A stretch of DNA of 64,000 nt from Gammaproteobacteria bacterium (GTDB lineage: Bacteria > Pseudomonadota > Gammaproteobacteria > CAJXQU01), in contig CBDEGZ010000003.1 of NCBI GenBank assembly GCA_965238175.1, positions 3,268,876-3,332,875 on the forward strand. Reading direction: 5' to 3'. Under the pieces are notes generated by a model. It had not been told where the DNA came from, ran no database searches, and saw only the letters and a program-made list of their open reading frames with translations. This document shows positions 11,906 to 22,596 of the stretch, one piece after another. The position numbers were made by a program, and so were the translations under genes. Position 1 is the first letter of the stretch. The number at the start of each line of letters is the position of its first letter.

Positions 11906-12997
11906 TTACGGAGTATAAAAATCGCTCTCTTTATACAGCTCATGCCAGTGTCGCAAAATAACTACGATAACCGCAGCCACTGGAAGCGCCAGTAAAACAC
12001 CGACAAAGCCAAACAATTGTCCTCCAGCCATGACAGCGAAAATAACTGCGACAGGGTGAAGACCAATTCGATCGCCGACCAACAAAGGTGATAAAACCAT
12101 CCCTTCTAAGGCCTGTGCTATTCCAAACACAATCGCCACGTAGACGAGATGGATAACATCGTGAAATTGCATCAGTGCCGCAACACTTGCAGCAACGATC
12201 CCAACGATAAAGCCCAGATAAGGCACAAAACTAACTAATCCAGAAATTATGCCAATCAACAAGGCGACATCAAGCCCGACTAGCATTAATCCGACAGTAT
12301 AAATAAGGGTGAGAACCATCATCACTGACAGTTGGCCTCGGAAAAATTCAGCTAAAACTTGATCACATTCTTTGGCTAATCGCGTCACGGTATTCTCAAG
12401 ACGACGTGGCAGAAGATCATGAATTCTTTCTATCAATAAATCCCAATCACGTAATAAATAAAAGGTCACAACCGGGATCAAAACTAGAAAAGCAAGCCAG
12501 TTAAAAATCTTCAACCCTGAATGGGTTAGCTTGCCAAACACTCCGCCCATTGCACCACTTAGACTTTCCCAGTTTCCAATAATGGCGCGCTTGAAGGCAC
12601 TCGTATCCAATGTTGGCGTTTCAAAACCGGCAAATTCTGCAATTCTTGGAAGCAGGTTTTCTTGAAAGTAATCAATGCCTGCGGGGATTTTGACGATCAA
12701 AACTGAAATTTGTTTTTCCAACAATGGAATCATAACCAGTAGTAATATCACTGCAATCAGCGACATGACAAAGAAGACCACTACGACACCTAAGGTACGA
12801 GAAAACTTATGCGTTTCGAGTCGATCAACCAATGGATCACCCAAATAGGCTAATAAAGCGCTGATCAAAAATGGTGTCAAAACGGGTGCGAGCAAATAGA
12901 CCAACCAACCACTGAGGGCTAACACAGCCAACATAAACCATTTTTGTGAATCACTGAGTTTGCTTAACAAATTTCTTCCTCTGTAAAAAGCGATCAA
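11906..12997 (-). CDS. AI-2E family transporter (PerM-like)
   Basis: LTPFLISALLAYL.DPLV, FYLLRDW, GLHPVAVIFAVMAGG.LFGFVGVLLALP; true start may be a few codons downstream. Confidence 0.9.
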   Translation of the reverse strand: MIAFYRGRNLLSKLSDSQKWFMLAVLALSGWLVYLLAPVLTPFLISALLAYLGDPLVDRLETHKFSRTLGVVVVFFVMSLIAVILLLVMIPLLEKQISVLIVKIPAGIDYFQENLLPRIAEFAGFETPTLDTSAFKRAIIGNWESLSGAMGGVFGKLTHSGLKIFNWLAFLVLIPVVTFYLLRDWDLLIERIHDLLPRRLENTVTRLAKECDQVLAEFFRGQLSVMMVLTLIYTVGLMLVGLDVALLIGIISGLVSFVPYLGFIVGIVAASVAALMQFHDVIHLVYVAIVFGIAQALEGMVLSPLLVGDRIGLHPVAVIFAVMAGGQLFGFVGVLLALPVAAVIVVILRHWHELYKESDFYTP

Positions 12998-13139
12998 TAA
13001 TACGATAGGATAAAATAACTACAAATTGTAAATCATTTTCATCGATACAAACGCTATTTCATAATACTTATTCAAGTCAACCCTTGTTCAAAGCGACTAT
13101 AGTTTATAGAATTGCCTGTTTAGTGTACTGCAAAATACG

Positions 13140-14180
13140 ATGACACAAACTCCACCTCTCACCTACAAAGATGCTGGTGTCGATATCGACAGCGGTAACC
13201 AACTTGTTGATCAAATAAAACCATTAGTAAAACGAACTCATCGTAAAGGCGTGATGGGCAATGTTGGCGGGTTTGGAGCATTATTCAAATTAGCTGACAC
13301 CGGTTACAAAAATCCAGTGTTAGTTTCTGGAACCGATGGCGTTGGAACCAAGCTACGCCTTGCCATCGAAATGGCAAAACACGATACCATCGGCATTGAT
13401 CTAGTCGCTATGTGTGTCAATGATCTGATTGTCCAGGGTGCAGAACCTCTGTTCTTCCTTGATTACTATGCAACGTCTAAGCTAAGCGTCGATATTGCAA
13501 CCGATGTCATCAGCGGCATTGCTACTGGTTGTGAACAATCGGGTTGTGCACTCATTGGTGGTGAAACGGCAGAAATGCCGGACATGTATTCTGCTGGAGA
13601 TTACGATCTGGCTGGATTTTGTGTTGGTGTGGTGGAAGAAGATCAAATTATCGACGGCAGCCAGGTCAAAGCGGGTAACGCATTAATCGGAATTGCGTCG
13701 AACGGTCCTCATTCGAATGGCTATTCGCTAATCAGAAAAGTTCTGGAAGTATCCAACACCAACTTAGACGAAGACTTTAATAGTCGCCCTATTGGTGAAG
13801 TACTCCTGGAACCAACTCGGCTTTACGTCAAACCTCTGCTTAAAGTGATCGAGGAATTTTCTATTCATGCACTGGCACATATCACGGGGGGCGGTTTATT
13901 AGAAAACATCCCACGCGTCATGCCTGAAAATTGCACTGCTGTGATTGATCCTGACAGCTGGGAAACACCCGAAATTTTTAACTGGCTGAAAGAAAAGGGT
14001 AGTATTGATCAAACTGAAATGTATCGAACGTTCAATTGTGGTATAGGTATGGTTTTGATCGTTGATAATGATCAAACTGACTCCATTATTGAGCGGCTTT
14101 CAGAATTAGGGGAAAAAGCATTCAAGATCGGCCATATTGAAGAAAAACTCGGTAGTGAACAAGTCATCATTTCAGCATAA
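13140..14180 (+). CDS. purM: Phosphoribosylformylglycinamidine cyclo-ligase
   Basis: [38 protein letters not shown]. Confidence 0.98.
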   Translation: MTQTPPLTYKDAGVDIDSGNQLVDQIKPLVKRTHRKGVMGNVGGFGALFKLADTGYKNPVLVSGTDGVGTKLRLAIEMAKHDTIGIDLVAMCVNDLIVQGAEPLFFLDYYATSKLSVDIATDVISGIATGCEQSGCALIGGETAEMPDMYSAGDYDLAGFCVGVVEEDQIIDGSQVKAGNALIGIASNGPHSNGYSLIRKVLEVSNTNLDEDFNSRPIGEVLLEPTRLYVKPLLKVIEEFSIHALAHITGGGLLENIPRVMPENCTAVIDPDSWETPEIFNWLKEKGSIDQTEMYRTFNCGIGMVLIVDNDQTDSIIERLSELGEKAFKIGHIEEKLGSEQVIISA

Positions 14181-14194
14181 ATGGGAGCAAACTA

Positions 14195-15058
14195 ATGGCA
14201 CATAGCATGACTGCTTTTGCACGACACAGCGCTTCAGGAAAATGGGGAAATGCAGTCTGGGAAATACGTTCAGTCAACAACCGCTATCTGGATATCAATT
14301 TACGCCTACCAGAAGAGCTACGCGGTTTAGAACATCAACTACGTGAGAGAATTTCCAATAAGCTAAAACGTGGCAAAGTTGATTGTACACTCAAATTTAA
14401 AACTGAATCTCAACAAACGTCACTCAAAATAAACTTGCCTCTAGTAAAGGAATTGGCGATCGCAACCAAACAAATAAAAAGTGTGGTTTATGAAACCACA
14501 GCATTAAGCCCAATTGATGTCCTTCTGTGGCCAGGCGTACTCAATAATCCTGAACTTGATGTTGAACAAACCGGGAAAGCCATAACTTCTTTGATGGATG
14601 AAACATTAGAGATCTTGATCGAAACACGCCAGCGAGAAGGGAAAGCTCTTGTAGATCTTATAGAAACCCGTTGTAACTCAGCCCAAACGCAAGTTACAAA
14701 AATCCGTCAACAAATGCCTACAATCGTCGGATCCTTAAATAAAAAATTGATCGACCGTGTCGAAGAAATCGTTGAACGAATGGATGAAACTCGCCTGGAA
14801 CAAGAAGTCGCGCTACTGGCACAAAAATTGGATGTAGATGAAGAGCTTGATCGCCTAAATGCACATATCAATGAAGTACTGCGAGTGATCAATCAAAAAG
14901 AACCCATTGGGCGAAGGTTAGATTTTCTAATGCAGGAAATGAATCGTGAAGCAAATACACTCGGTTCAAAATCGGCACATATGGAAAGCACAGAAGCATC
15001 TATAGAACTAAAAGTTTTGATCGAACAAATGCGTGAACAGATCCAAAATATAGAATGA
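14195..15058 (+). CDS. yicC: YicC family endoribonuclease
   Basis: SMTAFAR, EIRSVNNRYLD, GRRLDFLMQEMNREANTLGSK, IEQMREQIQNIE. Confidence 0.95.
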   Translation: MAHSMTAFARHSASGKWGNAVWEIRSVNNRYLDINLRLPEELRGLEHQLRERISNKLKRGKVDCTLKFKTESQQTSLKINLPLVKELAIATKQIKSVVYETTALSPIDVLLWPGVLNNPELDVEQTGKAITSLMDETLEILIETRQREGKALVDLIETRCNSAQTQVTKIRQQMPTIVGSLNKKLIDRVEEIVERMDETRLEQEVALLAQKLDVDEELDRLNAHINEVLRVINQKEPIGRRLDFLMQEMNREANTLGSKSAHMESTEASIELKVLIEQMREQIQNIE

Positions 15059-15666
15059 GCGGCCAACTTTACATTATCTCAGCTCCTTCAGGTGCGGGTA
15101 AAACCAGCCTTGTAAGTGCACTTGTTAGTGCAACAGCAGACATTTCAGTTTCAATTTCGCATACCACCAGAGAAAGGCGTTCTGGTGAGAATAGTGGTGT
15201 GGATTACCATTTCATCGATAAGGCAAAATTTGATCAGATGGTTGAAACAGACGATTTCCTCGAACATGCTCAAGTTTTTGATAATTATTACGGAACTTCA
15301 AATACCACAGTCGAAGCGCAGTTAGCAACCGGAACCGATGTTATTTTGGAAATTGACTGGCAGGGCGCTCAGCAGATCAGGAAACAAAAACCTGATTGCC
15401 GTAGTATTTTTATACTCCCTCCTTCATATCACGAACTGGAGCAACGACTATATCGCCGTGAAGAAGATAACAAAATTATCGAGAGGCGTATGCGTGATGC
15501 GATCGCTGAGATGTCCCATTATAAGGATTACGAATTTATTGTTGTTAATGACGATTTCCATACAGCACTAGCAGATTTACAATCAATTTTTAGAGCAACT
15601 CGACTTCGATCAAAAATTCAGCAACAAAGTTTAAAAACATTATTAAAGGACCTGTTTGATCAGTAA
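15055..15666 (+). CDS. gmk: Guanylate kinase
   Basis: SAPSGAGKTSL, SHTTR, LEIDWQGA, IFILPPS. Confidence 0.97.
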   Translation: MSGQLYIISAPSGAGKTSLVSALVSATADISVSISHTTRERRSGENSGVDYHFIDKAKFDQMVETDDFLEHAQVFDNYYGTSNTTVEAQLATGTDVILEIDWQGAQQIRKQKPDCRSIFILPPSYHELEQRLYRREEDNKIIERRMRDAIAEMSHYKDYEFIVVNDDFHTALADLQSIFRATRLRSKIQQQSLKTLLKDLFDQ

Positions 15667-15838
15667 CCAAATTCAGCAGCAAATTTAATTTTCAGTTTTT
15701 ATAGATATATACCCGTGCCACCTGGAAATGCAGATCGACGTCAGCACGCCTGTTGGTGATAAAAAACTCCTGCAAAAAATATATCTTCGTACTAAAACAG
15801 CGAATTTAGTCGTTATTTAAAATAATATGCACAAATTA

Positions 15839-15880
15839 TGTTGCGCCGCAACAATTTGTCTGCTATGCTGCATTGCAACA
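15839..15880. promoter_or_regulatory. Tandem PhaR-type operator boxes upstream of phasin
   Basis: TGTTGCGCCGCAACA (palindromic except the centre base) and TGCTGCATTGCAACA, both TGC-N3-GCA, overlapping a TATGCT -10-like hexamer. Confidence 0.7.
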
Positions 15881-15935
15881 ATCATTAAATGGTTGCTACT
15901 TTTTTATTTTTTCTCATTCAATAAAGGTGAATAAC

Positions 15936-16280
15936 ATGGCTAAAACAGAACAAGTTAAACAAATCGAAGAAACAATTGCTCCATTTACTGAATACAACAA
16001 ATTGGTTAGCGAAGTCGTAGAAAAATCTTTTGATCTGCAAATATCAACATTTGAAAAACTTGTGAAAGCAGGCTTCGACAATGTGAATTCTATTTTCAAT
16101 GTTAAATCAACAGAAGACATAAAAGCCTACGCAGAAAAACAACAGACTGTCGCTAAAAGCGTTGCGGAAATTATTGTGACAGATGCAACGGCTCAAGGTG
16201 AGTTAGGTAAAACTTTCGTTGAACACTCAACAAAATTGATCGAAAAAAATGTCAAAATGCCTAACTTAAAGGCGGCTTGA
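15936..16280 (+). CDS. phaP: Phasin family protein 1
   Basis: ATG at 15936 after AAGGTGA RBS (the ORF-track TTG start is likely too long); amphipathic Ala/Lys/Glu-rich helices; first gene of the PHA cluster behind PhaR-type boxes. Confidence 0.75.
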   Translation: MAKTEQVKQIEETIAPFTEYNKLVSEVVEKSFDLQISTFEKLVKAGFDNVNSIFNVKSTEDIKAYAEKQQTVAKSVAEIIVTDATAQGELGKTFVEHSTKLIEKNVKMPNLKAA

Positions 16281-16300
16281 TAAATAGCTTAAATTAAGAT

Positions 16301-16338
16301 AAACCTCGCTATCTCATACTTAAAGATAGCGGGGTTTT
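16301..16338 (+). terminator. Intrinsic terminator after phasin 1
   Basis: AAACCTCGCTATCT-loop-AGATAGCGGGGTTTT. Confidence 0.7.
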
Positions 16339-16585
16339 AGAATCCAGTATTTGTTGAGCAAACGTTGATTACCGTCCTAAATGGTCACACTGGATAATGG
16401 GTTTGTAACTACCCAGCTTATTAAGCCTAAACCCAACTACTTTTGATAAAGTAATATTAAGTAGAAAATGTAATGATAGGACAGAGTATAAAACATACAG
16501 ATCTACAGTATGCAATCACATAAGCATTTTGTGATTACAACATTAGAGTGTACATTAATTAGCGAACTTTTTAGGAGTCATACTT

Positions 16586-17047
16586 ATGAATAACCCTTTT
16601 GATTTTAGTCAGTTTTTTCCAAAATACGAACCTCAAGACATGATGCGTCAATTTCAAAATGCCTTCGCTCAATTTGCAACACCACAAACACCAAGCTTCG
16701 ATTTTTCGTCAATGACCGATGTTCAGCGTAAAAACATTGAAGCAATCGTCACGTCAAATAATAAGGCAATTGAATGTACTCAAGCGATTCTTACCATGCA
16801 AGCAGAGTTATTCCAGGAAGCTATAAAGGATGCTACTGATGCTGGTCAAGCATTTGCTGAAAATGCAAATGACAAGACCAAACTGAGTGAAAAACAAACC
16901 GAATTGATGCAAACAGCTTTCGATAAAGCCCTGAAGTCTTCTACAGAAATTAGTGAGCTTATCAGCAAAACACAAGAGGAAATGACAGAAACTATCTCAG
17001 CAAGAGTTAAAGAAGGATTAGATGAGATCCGGGAATCCGTTAAGTAA
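16586..17047 (+). CDS. phaP: Phasin family protein 2
   Basis: DFSSMTDVQRKNIEAIV..N..AIE...Q.EL...AF.KAL pattern of Phasin_2 proteins; AGGAG RBS; directly upstream of phaC. Confidence 0.82.
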   Translation: MNNPFDFSQFFPKYEPQDMMRQFQNAFAQFATPQTPSFDFSSMTDVQRKNIEAIVTSNNKAIECTQAILTMQAELFQEAIKDATDAGQAFAENANDKTKLSEKQTELMQTAFDKALKSSTEISELISKTQEEMTETISARVKEGLDEIRESVK

Positions 17048-17108
17048 AGACTTAATGCTTCATTTACTCAGCTAACTTGTCTTAAAGTAATTTCATAATA
17101 AAAAGAGA

Positions 17109-18938
17109 ATGAACACAGCTATGCCTACAGATAAAACACACGAAGCGATTGCTGCCCTCGGTTTTGGTCAGGCTGCGCAAGCACTTTCGGATAACTTCAA
17201 GCAATGCGAGACGATGCTTGAAGATTATTCAGAAAAACTAAAAAACAGTGATTTTGATCCGCTCAACTTAGAAAATCTTTTCGCTGATTTCACAAAAAAT
17301 CTGGCACAAGATCCATCTAAGCTGATGGAAGCAAATATGCGTTTTTTTGCTGACTCTATGAAACTGTACCAAGAAATGTCTTCTCAGATGGAAAGCATTA
17401 TTTCTGGAGAAGAACAATCTGCTGATACTAAAAAAGATGATGTGGCATTTACGATTGAACCCGCTCCTGATGACAAGCGCTTTCGTCATGAAGCTTGGGA
17501 AAATCATCCTGTATTCAAACATATTCGTGATACTTATTTATTAACCTCGAAATGGATGAGAACTATAATCAGTGAAACCGAGGGGATGGACAAGAACACA
17601 GCGAAGAAACTGGAGTTTTTCACTGAACGCTACCTCGACGCACTCTCACCAACCAATTTCGCAGCGACCAATCCTGCCGTACTAGAACGAATGCTTGAGA
17701 CCAAAGGTGCGAGTTTGGTTCGTGGTGCAAAAAATATGTTATCTGATATTGAGGCAGGTGAAGGCGAGCTAAAAATTAAAATGGCGGATGCAAATGCCTT
17801 TACGCTTGGGGAAAATATCGCAACAACGCCAGGAAAAGTTATTTTCCAAAATCATATCCACCAACTGATTCAATACACACCGAGTACAAAAACTGTTTAT
17901 AAAAAACCATTATTGATCGTTCCACCTTGGATCAATAAATATTATATTCTTGATTTACAAGCAAATAATTCATATCTCAAGTGGTTAGTTGATCAAGGAC
18001 ATACTGTGTTTGTCATTTCCTGGATTAACCCTGATGAATCTTATCGGAATACCGAGTTTTCAAACTATGTTGAAGAGGGTGTGCTGGCAGCACTTGATGC
18101 GATCAATAAGGCAACAGGAGAAACACAAGTCAACGCGATTGGTTACTGTATTGGTGGTACTTTGCTTGCGGCAACATTAGCATACATGCAAGAGAAAAAA
18201 GACGAAAGGATATCCAGCGCAACTTTTCTAACCACAATGCTCGATTTTGAAGAACCTGGTGATTTGGGTGTTTTTCTCGGTGAAGAAGAAATCTCTTCTC
18301 TGGAAACAAAAATGAACGACCGTGGTTATCTTGATGGTTCTGAAATGTCTGGTACTTTCAATATGCTGCGTGCAAATGATCTGATCTGGTCTTTCTATAT
18401 TAATAATTATCTTTTGGGAAATGATGTAAGACCTTTTGATCTACTCTACTGGAATTCTGATTCAACAAGAATGCCGGCCAAAATGCATAGTTGGTATTTA
18501 CGTAATATGTATTTGAATAATTTACTCAAACAACCTGGAGCACTTGAAATCAATGGTGTCTCTATCGACTTAAACAAAGTCACAGTACCTGTTTGTTTTG
18601 TTTCTACCGTTGAAGATCACATCGCTCCCTGGAAATCAACTTATGCAGGAACCACACTCTTTGGTGGATCAAAAAGATTTATACTCGGCGGATCAGGACA
18701 CATTGCCGGCATTATTAATCCCCCTGCCGCAAACAAATATGATTACCGCGTAAGCAGCAAACCACCCGTAGATCCAGACAAATGGTTTGAGAAAGCCGAA
18801 GTGCATGCCGGTTCATGGTGGCCAGAATGGGAAAAATGGGTCAAAGCGAAAGCGGGTAAAAAGGTCTCCGCCAGAACTCCGGGAGAAGGAGATCTTGGTA
18901 TCATTGAGGACGCACCTGGTACTTATGTTAGTCAATAA
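17109..18938 (+). CDS. phaC: Class I poly(R)-hydroxyalkanoate synthase
   Basis: PLLIVPPWINKYYILDL, lipase box GYCIGG, DLLYWNSD, EDHIAPW, SGHIAGIINPP, GSWWPEW, DAPGTYV. Confidence 0.97.
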   Translation: MNTAMPTDKTHEAIAALGFGQAAQALSDNFKQCETMLEDYSEKLKNSDFDPLNLENLFADFTKNLAQDPSKLMEANMRFFADSMKLYQEMSSQMESIISGEEQSADTKKDDVAFTIEPAPDDKRFRHEAWENHPVFKHIRDTYLLTSKWMRTIISETEGMDKNTAKKLEFFTERYLDALSPTNFAATNPAVLERMLETKGASLVRGAKNMLSDIEAGEGELKIKMADANAFTLGENIATTPGKVIFQNHIHQLIQYTPSTKTVYKKPLLIVPPWINKYYILDLQANNSYLKWLVDQGHTVFVISWINPDESYRNTEFSNYVEEGVLAALDAINKATGETQVNAIGYCIGGTLLAATLAYMQEKKDERISSATFLTTMLDFEEPGDLGVFLGEEEISSLETKMNDRGYLDGSEMSGTFNMLRANDLIWSFYINNYLLGNDVRPFDLLYWNSDSTRMPAKMHSWYLRNMYLNNLLKQPGALEINGVSIDLNKVTVPVCFVSTVEDHIAPWKSTYAGTTLFGGSKRFILGGSGHIAGIINPPAANKYDYRVSSKPPVDPDKWFEKAEVHAGSWWPEWEKWVKAKAGKKVSARTPGEGDLGIIEDAPGTYVSQ

Positions 18939-19123
18939 GCTCGCGAAATACATAACAAAAAATAAGTGTCTAAATTTAAATAGAGATTTTTAGCAATACC
19001 GACTTGCTATTAAACATAATTTCGATAACAAATAGTTGCTGCACTCCTAATATAAAACTGATATAAAGAACTTGTATTAATTTAATTCATGCAAGCTTTT
19101 TTCGTATTATAAGGAGAACAATT

Positions 19124-19846
19124 ATGTCTAGATGTGCGATTGTTACAGGAGGCACTCGAGGAATAGGGGAAGGTATTTCTACTGAACTTAAAAATCGAGG
19201 TTACAAGGTCGCTGCAACCTATGCAGGTAACGACGATGCTGCAAAAGAGTTTACTGATAGAACCGGAATAGCAACCTATAAGTTTGACGTTAGTAACTTT
19301 GATGCATGTGCAACGGCTGTTGAACAAATTGAAAATGATCTTGGATCTGTAGATGTACTAATCAACAATGCGGGAATTACACGCGATTCCACAATGCACA
19401 AAATGGACACCTCCAAGTGGGAAGATGTTATTAACACAAATCTGAGTTCATGTTTTAACATGTGTCGCACAGTGATCGAAGGAATGCGTGACAGGAAATT
19501 TGGACGTATCGTTAATATTGGTTCTGTCAATGGTCGTGCTGGACAATACGGTCAGGTCAATTATGCTGCCGCCAAATCAGGCATCCATGGCTTCACAAAA
19601 GCACTAGCAAGAGAAGGGGCTGCTGTAAATGTCACTGTCAATGCGATTGCACCGGGTTATGTTGAAACGGATATGGTTCGTGCTGTACCAGAAAAGGTAT
19701 TAGAGAAGATTATTACTACCATCCCTGTTGGTAGACTCGGACAGCCACAAGATATTTCACGTGCAGTGATGTTTCTTGTGGAGGATGAAGCTGGCTTCAT
19801 TACTGGATCGACTATAGATATTAATGGCGGTCAACACATGTTCTGA
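19124..19846 (+). CDS. phaB: Acetoacetyl-CoA reductase
   Basis: TGGTRGIG, NNAGITRD, GQYGQVNYAAAKSG, INGGQHM. Confidence 0.95.
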   Translation: MSRCAIVTGGTRGIGEGISTELKNRGYKVAATYAGNDDAAKEFTDRTGIATYKFDVSNFDACATAVEQIENDLGSVDVLINNAGITRDSTMHKMDTSKWEDVINTNLSSCFNMCRTVIEGMRDRKFGRIVNIGSVNGRAGQYGQVNYAAAKSGIHGFTKALAREGAAVNVTVNAIAPGYVETDMVRAVPEKVLEKIITTIPVGRLGQPQDISRAVMFLVEDEAGFITGSTIDINGGQHMF

Positions 19847-19965
19847 TCATCTTCACATTGTTTTATCTTTACAAAAACAATTTTTATTAATCGGCAATCC
19901 ATGCGGATTTTATGTAACGTCTAATTAAACTAAAACCTTGTTAATTTTAGCTATACGGAGGCAGC

Positions 19966-20433
19966 TTGAGAATAATTAAAAAGTATCCAAACCGGCGCTT
20001 ATACGATACTGAAGAGAGTAAATATATAACCTTGGCGCGCGTCGCCGAATATGCAAAAGCTGGAGAACAAATTAAAGTCATAGATACAGAGACAAAAGGT
20101 GATATAACTCGCGGCGTTTTACTTCAAATTATTCTAGAACAAGAAACTTCTGATCAAGCCATGTTTTCTGTTGACTCACTATCCGAAATAGTGGGTTATT
20201 ACGGTAATACTATGCCCAGCCTGTTCAATGAATATTTTCAACAAAGTCTCAAAGCATTTTCAGAAAGTCAAACTCAATTACAAAACCAGTTTAATGCAGA
20301 CTCGATGAAAATTTTTGAGGACATGGCAAAAGATAATTTGGACATGTGGACAAACGTTCAAGACAATTTTCTTAAAATGGCAGGGCTTAACCCAATCTCT
20401 CCAGACAAAGAAGCTGATGGAAAGGAGGATTAG
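19966..20433 (+). CDS. phaR: PHA synthesis repressor
   Basis: RIIKKYPNRRLYDTEESKYITL...DITRGVLLQIILEQE signature; TTG start after GGAGG. Confidence 0.95.
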   Translation: MRIIKKYPNRRLYDTEESKYITLARVAEYAKAGEQIKVIDTETKGDITRGVLLQIILEQETSDQAMFSVDSLSEIVGYYGNTMPSLFNEYFQQSLKAFSESQTQLQNQFNADSMKIFEDMAKDNLDMWTNVQDNFLKMAGLNPISPDKEADGKED

Positions 20434-20447
20434 CACCAAAAAAGTAC

Positions 20448-20502
20448 TTGACATAATTCCTTGAACTGCTATTGTGCAGTGCAGCATTTGTGCATTGCAC
20501 AA
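20448..20502 (+). promoter_or_regulatory. Sigma-70 promoter overlapped by two PhaR-type boxes
   Basis: TTGACA(20448)-16 nt-TATTGT(20470), then TGCAGTGCA (20475) and TGCATTGCA (20491). Confidence 0.68.
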
Positions 20503-20538
20503 TTTAATAGTGATACTAACTACAAGGAATTATGTTAC

Positions 20539-21288
20539 ATGACTAAACAGAGAATTGCCCTGATTACAGGTGGTGTTGGTGGTATTGGAACAGCAATTTG
20601 CTATCAACTAACACAACAAAATGTACACGTTTTTGCAAACTATTATCCCTCAGAAGCAGATCTGGCCAAGACCTGGCAAGAGGATCAAAAAAAGAGGGGA
20701 GTGAATATCGACCTGATAGGAGCAGATGTTGCTTCTTATACCGATTGCGAAAAAATGGTTGAGACTATTGAGGCCAAAATCGGCACTATTGATATACTAG
20801 TGAACGCAGCAGGTATAACGCGTGATAAAACCATACGCAAAATGGATCCTGTTGACTGGAATGCGGTTATCGACACGAATCTCAACAGCGTCTTCAACGT
20901 TTCAAAACAAATCTTTCCAGGCATGACAGAGCGTGGATTTGGTCGAATAATCAACATTTCGTCTGTAAATGGACAACGTGGCCAATTTGGCCAAACCAAC
21001 TATTCAGCTGCTAAAGCTGGTATGCATGGTTTTACAATGGCGCTTGCCCAAGAAGGTGCAGCAAAAGGCGTTTGTGTAAACACCATTTCACCAGGCTATA
21101 TCTCAACGCCGATGACTCAAGCGATGTCATCTAAAATCCGCGATCAAATTGTCTCAGGAATTCCAGCTCGTAAAATGGGTCAACCGGAAGATATTGCTAA
21201 TTTAGTATGCTTTTTAGCTAGCGACAATAGTAGTTACATCACAGGAGCGAATATACCCGTCAATGGTGGTCTATTCATGAGCTTCTAG
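20539..21288 (+). CDS. phaB: Second acetoacetyl-CoA reductase
   Basis: ATG at 20539 after AAGGA; TGGVGGIG, AGITRD, GQFGQTNYSAAKAGMHGFTMALAQE. Confidence 0.93.
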   Translation: MTKQRIALITGGVGGIGTAICYQLTQQNVHVFANYYPSEADLAKTWQEDQKKRGVNIDLIGADVASYTDCEKMVETIEAKIGTIDILVNAAGITRDKTIRKMDPVDWNAVIDTNLNSVFNVSKQIFPGMTERGFGRIINISSVNGQRGQFGQTNYSAAKAGMHGFTMALAQEGAAKGVCVNTISPGYISTPMTQAMSSKIRDQIVSGIPARKMGQPEDIANLVCFLASDNSSYITGANIPVNGGLFMSF

Positions 21289-21332
21289 TTTTAAATACCT
21301 TAAACTTATAAACAAAAAAAACGAGGCCAAAT

Positions 21333-22523
21333 ATGTCAAATTCAAGAGAAGTCGTTATTGTAAATGGAGTAAGAACTGCTATAGGAGGATTCGGAGGGTC
21401 ACTGAAGGATCAGGCTCCCGGCGATCTTGCTGCAAAAGTCATCGCTGAGGCAATCAGCAGATCTGATGTTGAATCAAAAGACGTTGGCGCATGTGTTTTA
21501 GGCAATGTAATACATACAGAAACGCGCGATATGTATATCTCAAGATATGCATCAATTAAAGGTGGTTTACCCCATTCAAGTCAAGCAATGACCTTAAACC
21601 GGCTTTGCGGTAGTGGACTACAGGCAATAGTATCAGCATCCCAACAAATCATGCTTGGTGATACCGATGCAGCCGTCGCCGGTGGTGTCGAGGTTATGAG
21701 TCGTGGTGGTTATTTATCACCATCCGCCCGTTGGGGACAAAAAATGGGTAATTTCGAAACAATGGACATGATGGTGGGTGCATTAACAGATCCCTTTGAC
21801 AGTGTTCACATGGGTATAACCGCAGAAAACATTGCAAGCAAATGGAATATAAGTCGTGAAGATCAAGATGCCCTCGCGGTTGAAAGCCATCAAAAAGCAG
21901 CTAAATCGACAGAAGCTGGCTATTTTAAGGATCAAATTTTACCTATCGAATTAAAGTCCCGTAAAGGAACCACAGTATTTGATACAGATGAACATATTCG
22001 TGGGGATGCTAGCGTTGAAGGTATGGCAAAACTTCGTGCCGTATTTAAATCCGATGGTTCAGTCACTGCAGGTAATGCATCCGGCATTAACGATGGTGCA
22101 GCTGCAGTTGTGCTTATGGACACCGACACCGCCGAACAAAAAGGTCTTGAACCAATGGCTCGATTGGTCGGTTACGCATTAGCAGGTGTTGACCCAGAGT
22201 ATATGGGGATAGGTCCGGTGCCGGCAATCAAAAATGTGCTAACCCGCACAGGTTTAAAAATTGAAGATATGGATATAATCGAATTAAATGAGGCATTTGC
22301 TGCACAAGCGATCGCATGTGTCCGAGATTTAGATCTTGATCCAACGAAAGTAAATCCAAATGGTTCAGGGATCGGGTTAGGTCATCCAATTGGAGCTACA
22401 GGTGCTATTCTGACAGTAAAACTAATCCATGAATTAAAACGAACAGGTGGTCAGTTTGGACTGGTAAGTATGTGCATTGGTGGTGGCCAGGGTATCGCTG
22501 CTATTTTTGAAAGAATGTCATAA
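21333..22523 (+). CDS. bktB: Beta-ketothiolase, BktB-like acetyl-CoA C-acyltransferase
   Basis: GNVIHTETRDMYISR, LNRLCGSGLQAIVSA, GALTDPF, NEAFAAQ, GHPIGATG, MCIGGGQG. The NRLCGSGLQ and VIHTE..DMY motifs are BktB-type. Confidence 0.85.
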   Translation: MSNSREVVIVNGVRTAIGGFGGSLKDQAPGDLAAKVIAEAISRSDVESKDVGACVLGNVIHTETRDMYISRYASIKGGLPHSSQAMTLNRLCGSGLQAIVSASQQIMLGDTDAAVAGGVEVMSRGGYLSPSARWGQKMGNFETMDMMVGALTDPFDSVHMGITAENIASKWNISREDQDALAVESHQKAAKSTEAGYFKDQILPIELKSRKGTTVFDTDEHIRGDASVEGMAKLRAVFKSDGSVTAGNASGINDGAAAVVLMDTDTAEQKGLEPMARLVGYALAGVDPEYMGIGPVPAIKNVLTRTGLKIEDMDIIELNEAFAAQAIACVRDLDLDPTKVNPNGSGIGLGHPIGATGAILTVKLIHELKRTGGQFGLVSMCIGGGQGIAAIFERMS

Positions 22524-22562
22524 ATTTGTTGACCTCGTTGGGTGTGGCCTACCCAGCATTAT

Positions 22563-22596
22563 GGGCGATAGTTGTCAATAACTATCGCTCTTTTTT
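22563..22596 (+). terminator. Intrinsic terminator ending the PHA cluster
   Basis: GGGCGATAGTT-loop-AACTATCGCTC-TTTTTT. Confidence 0.8.
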
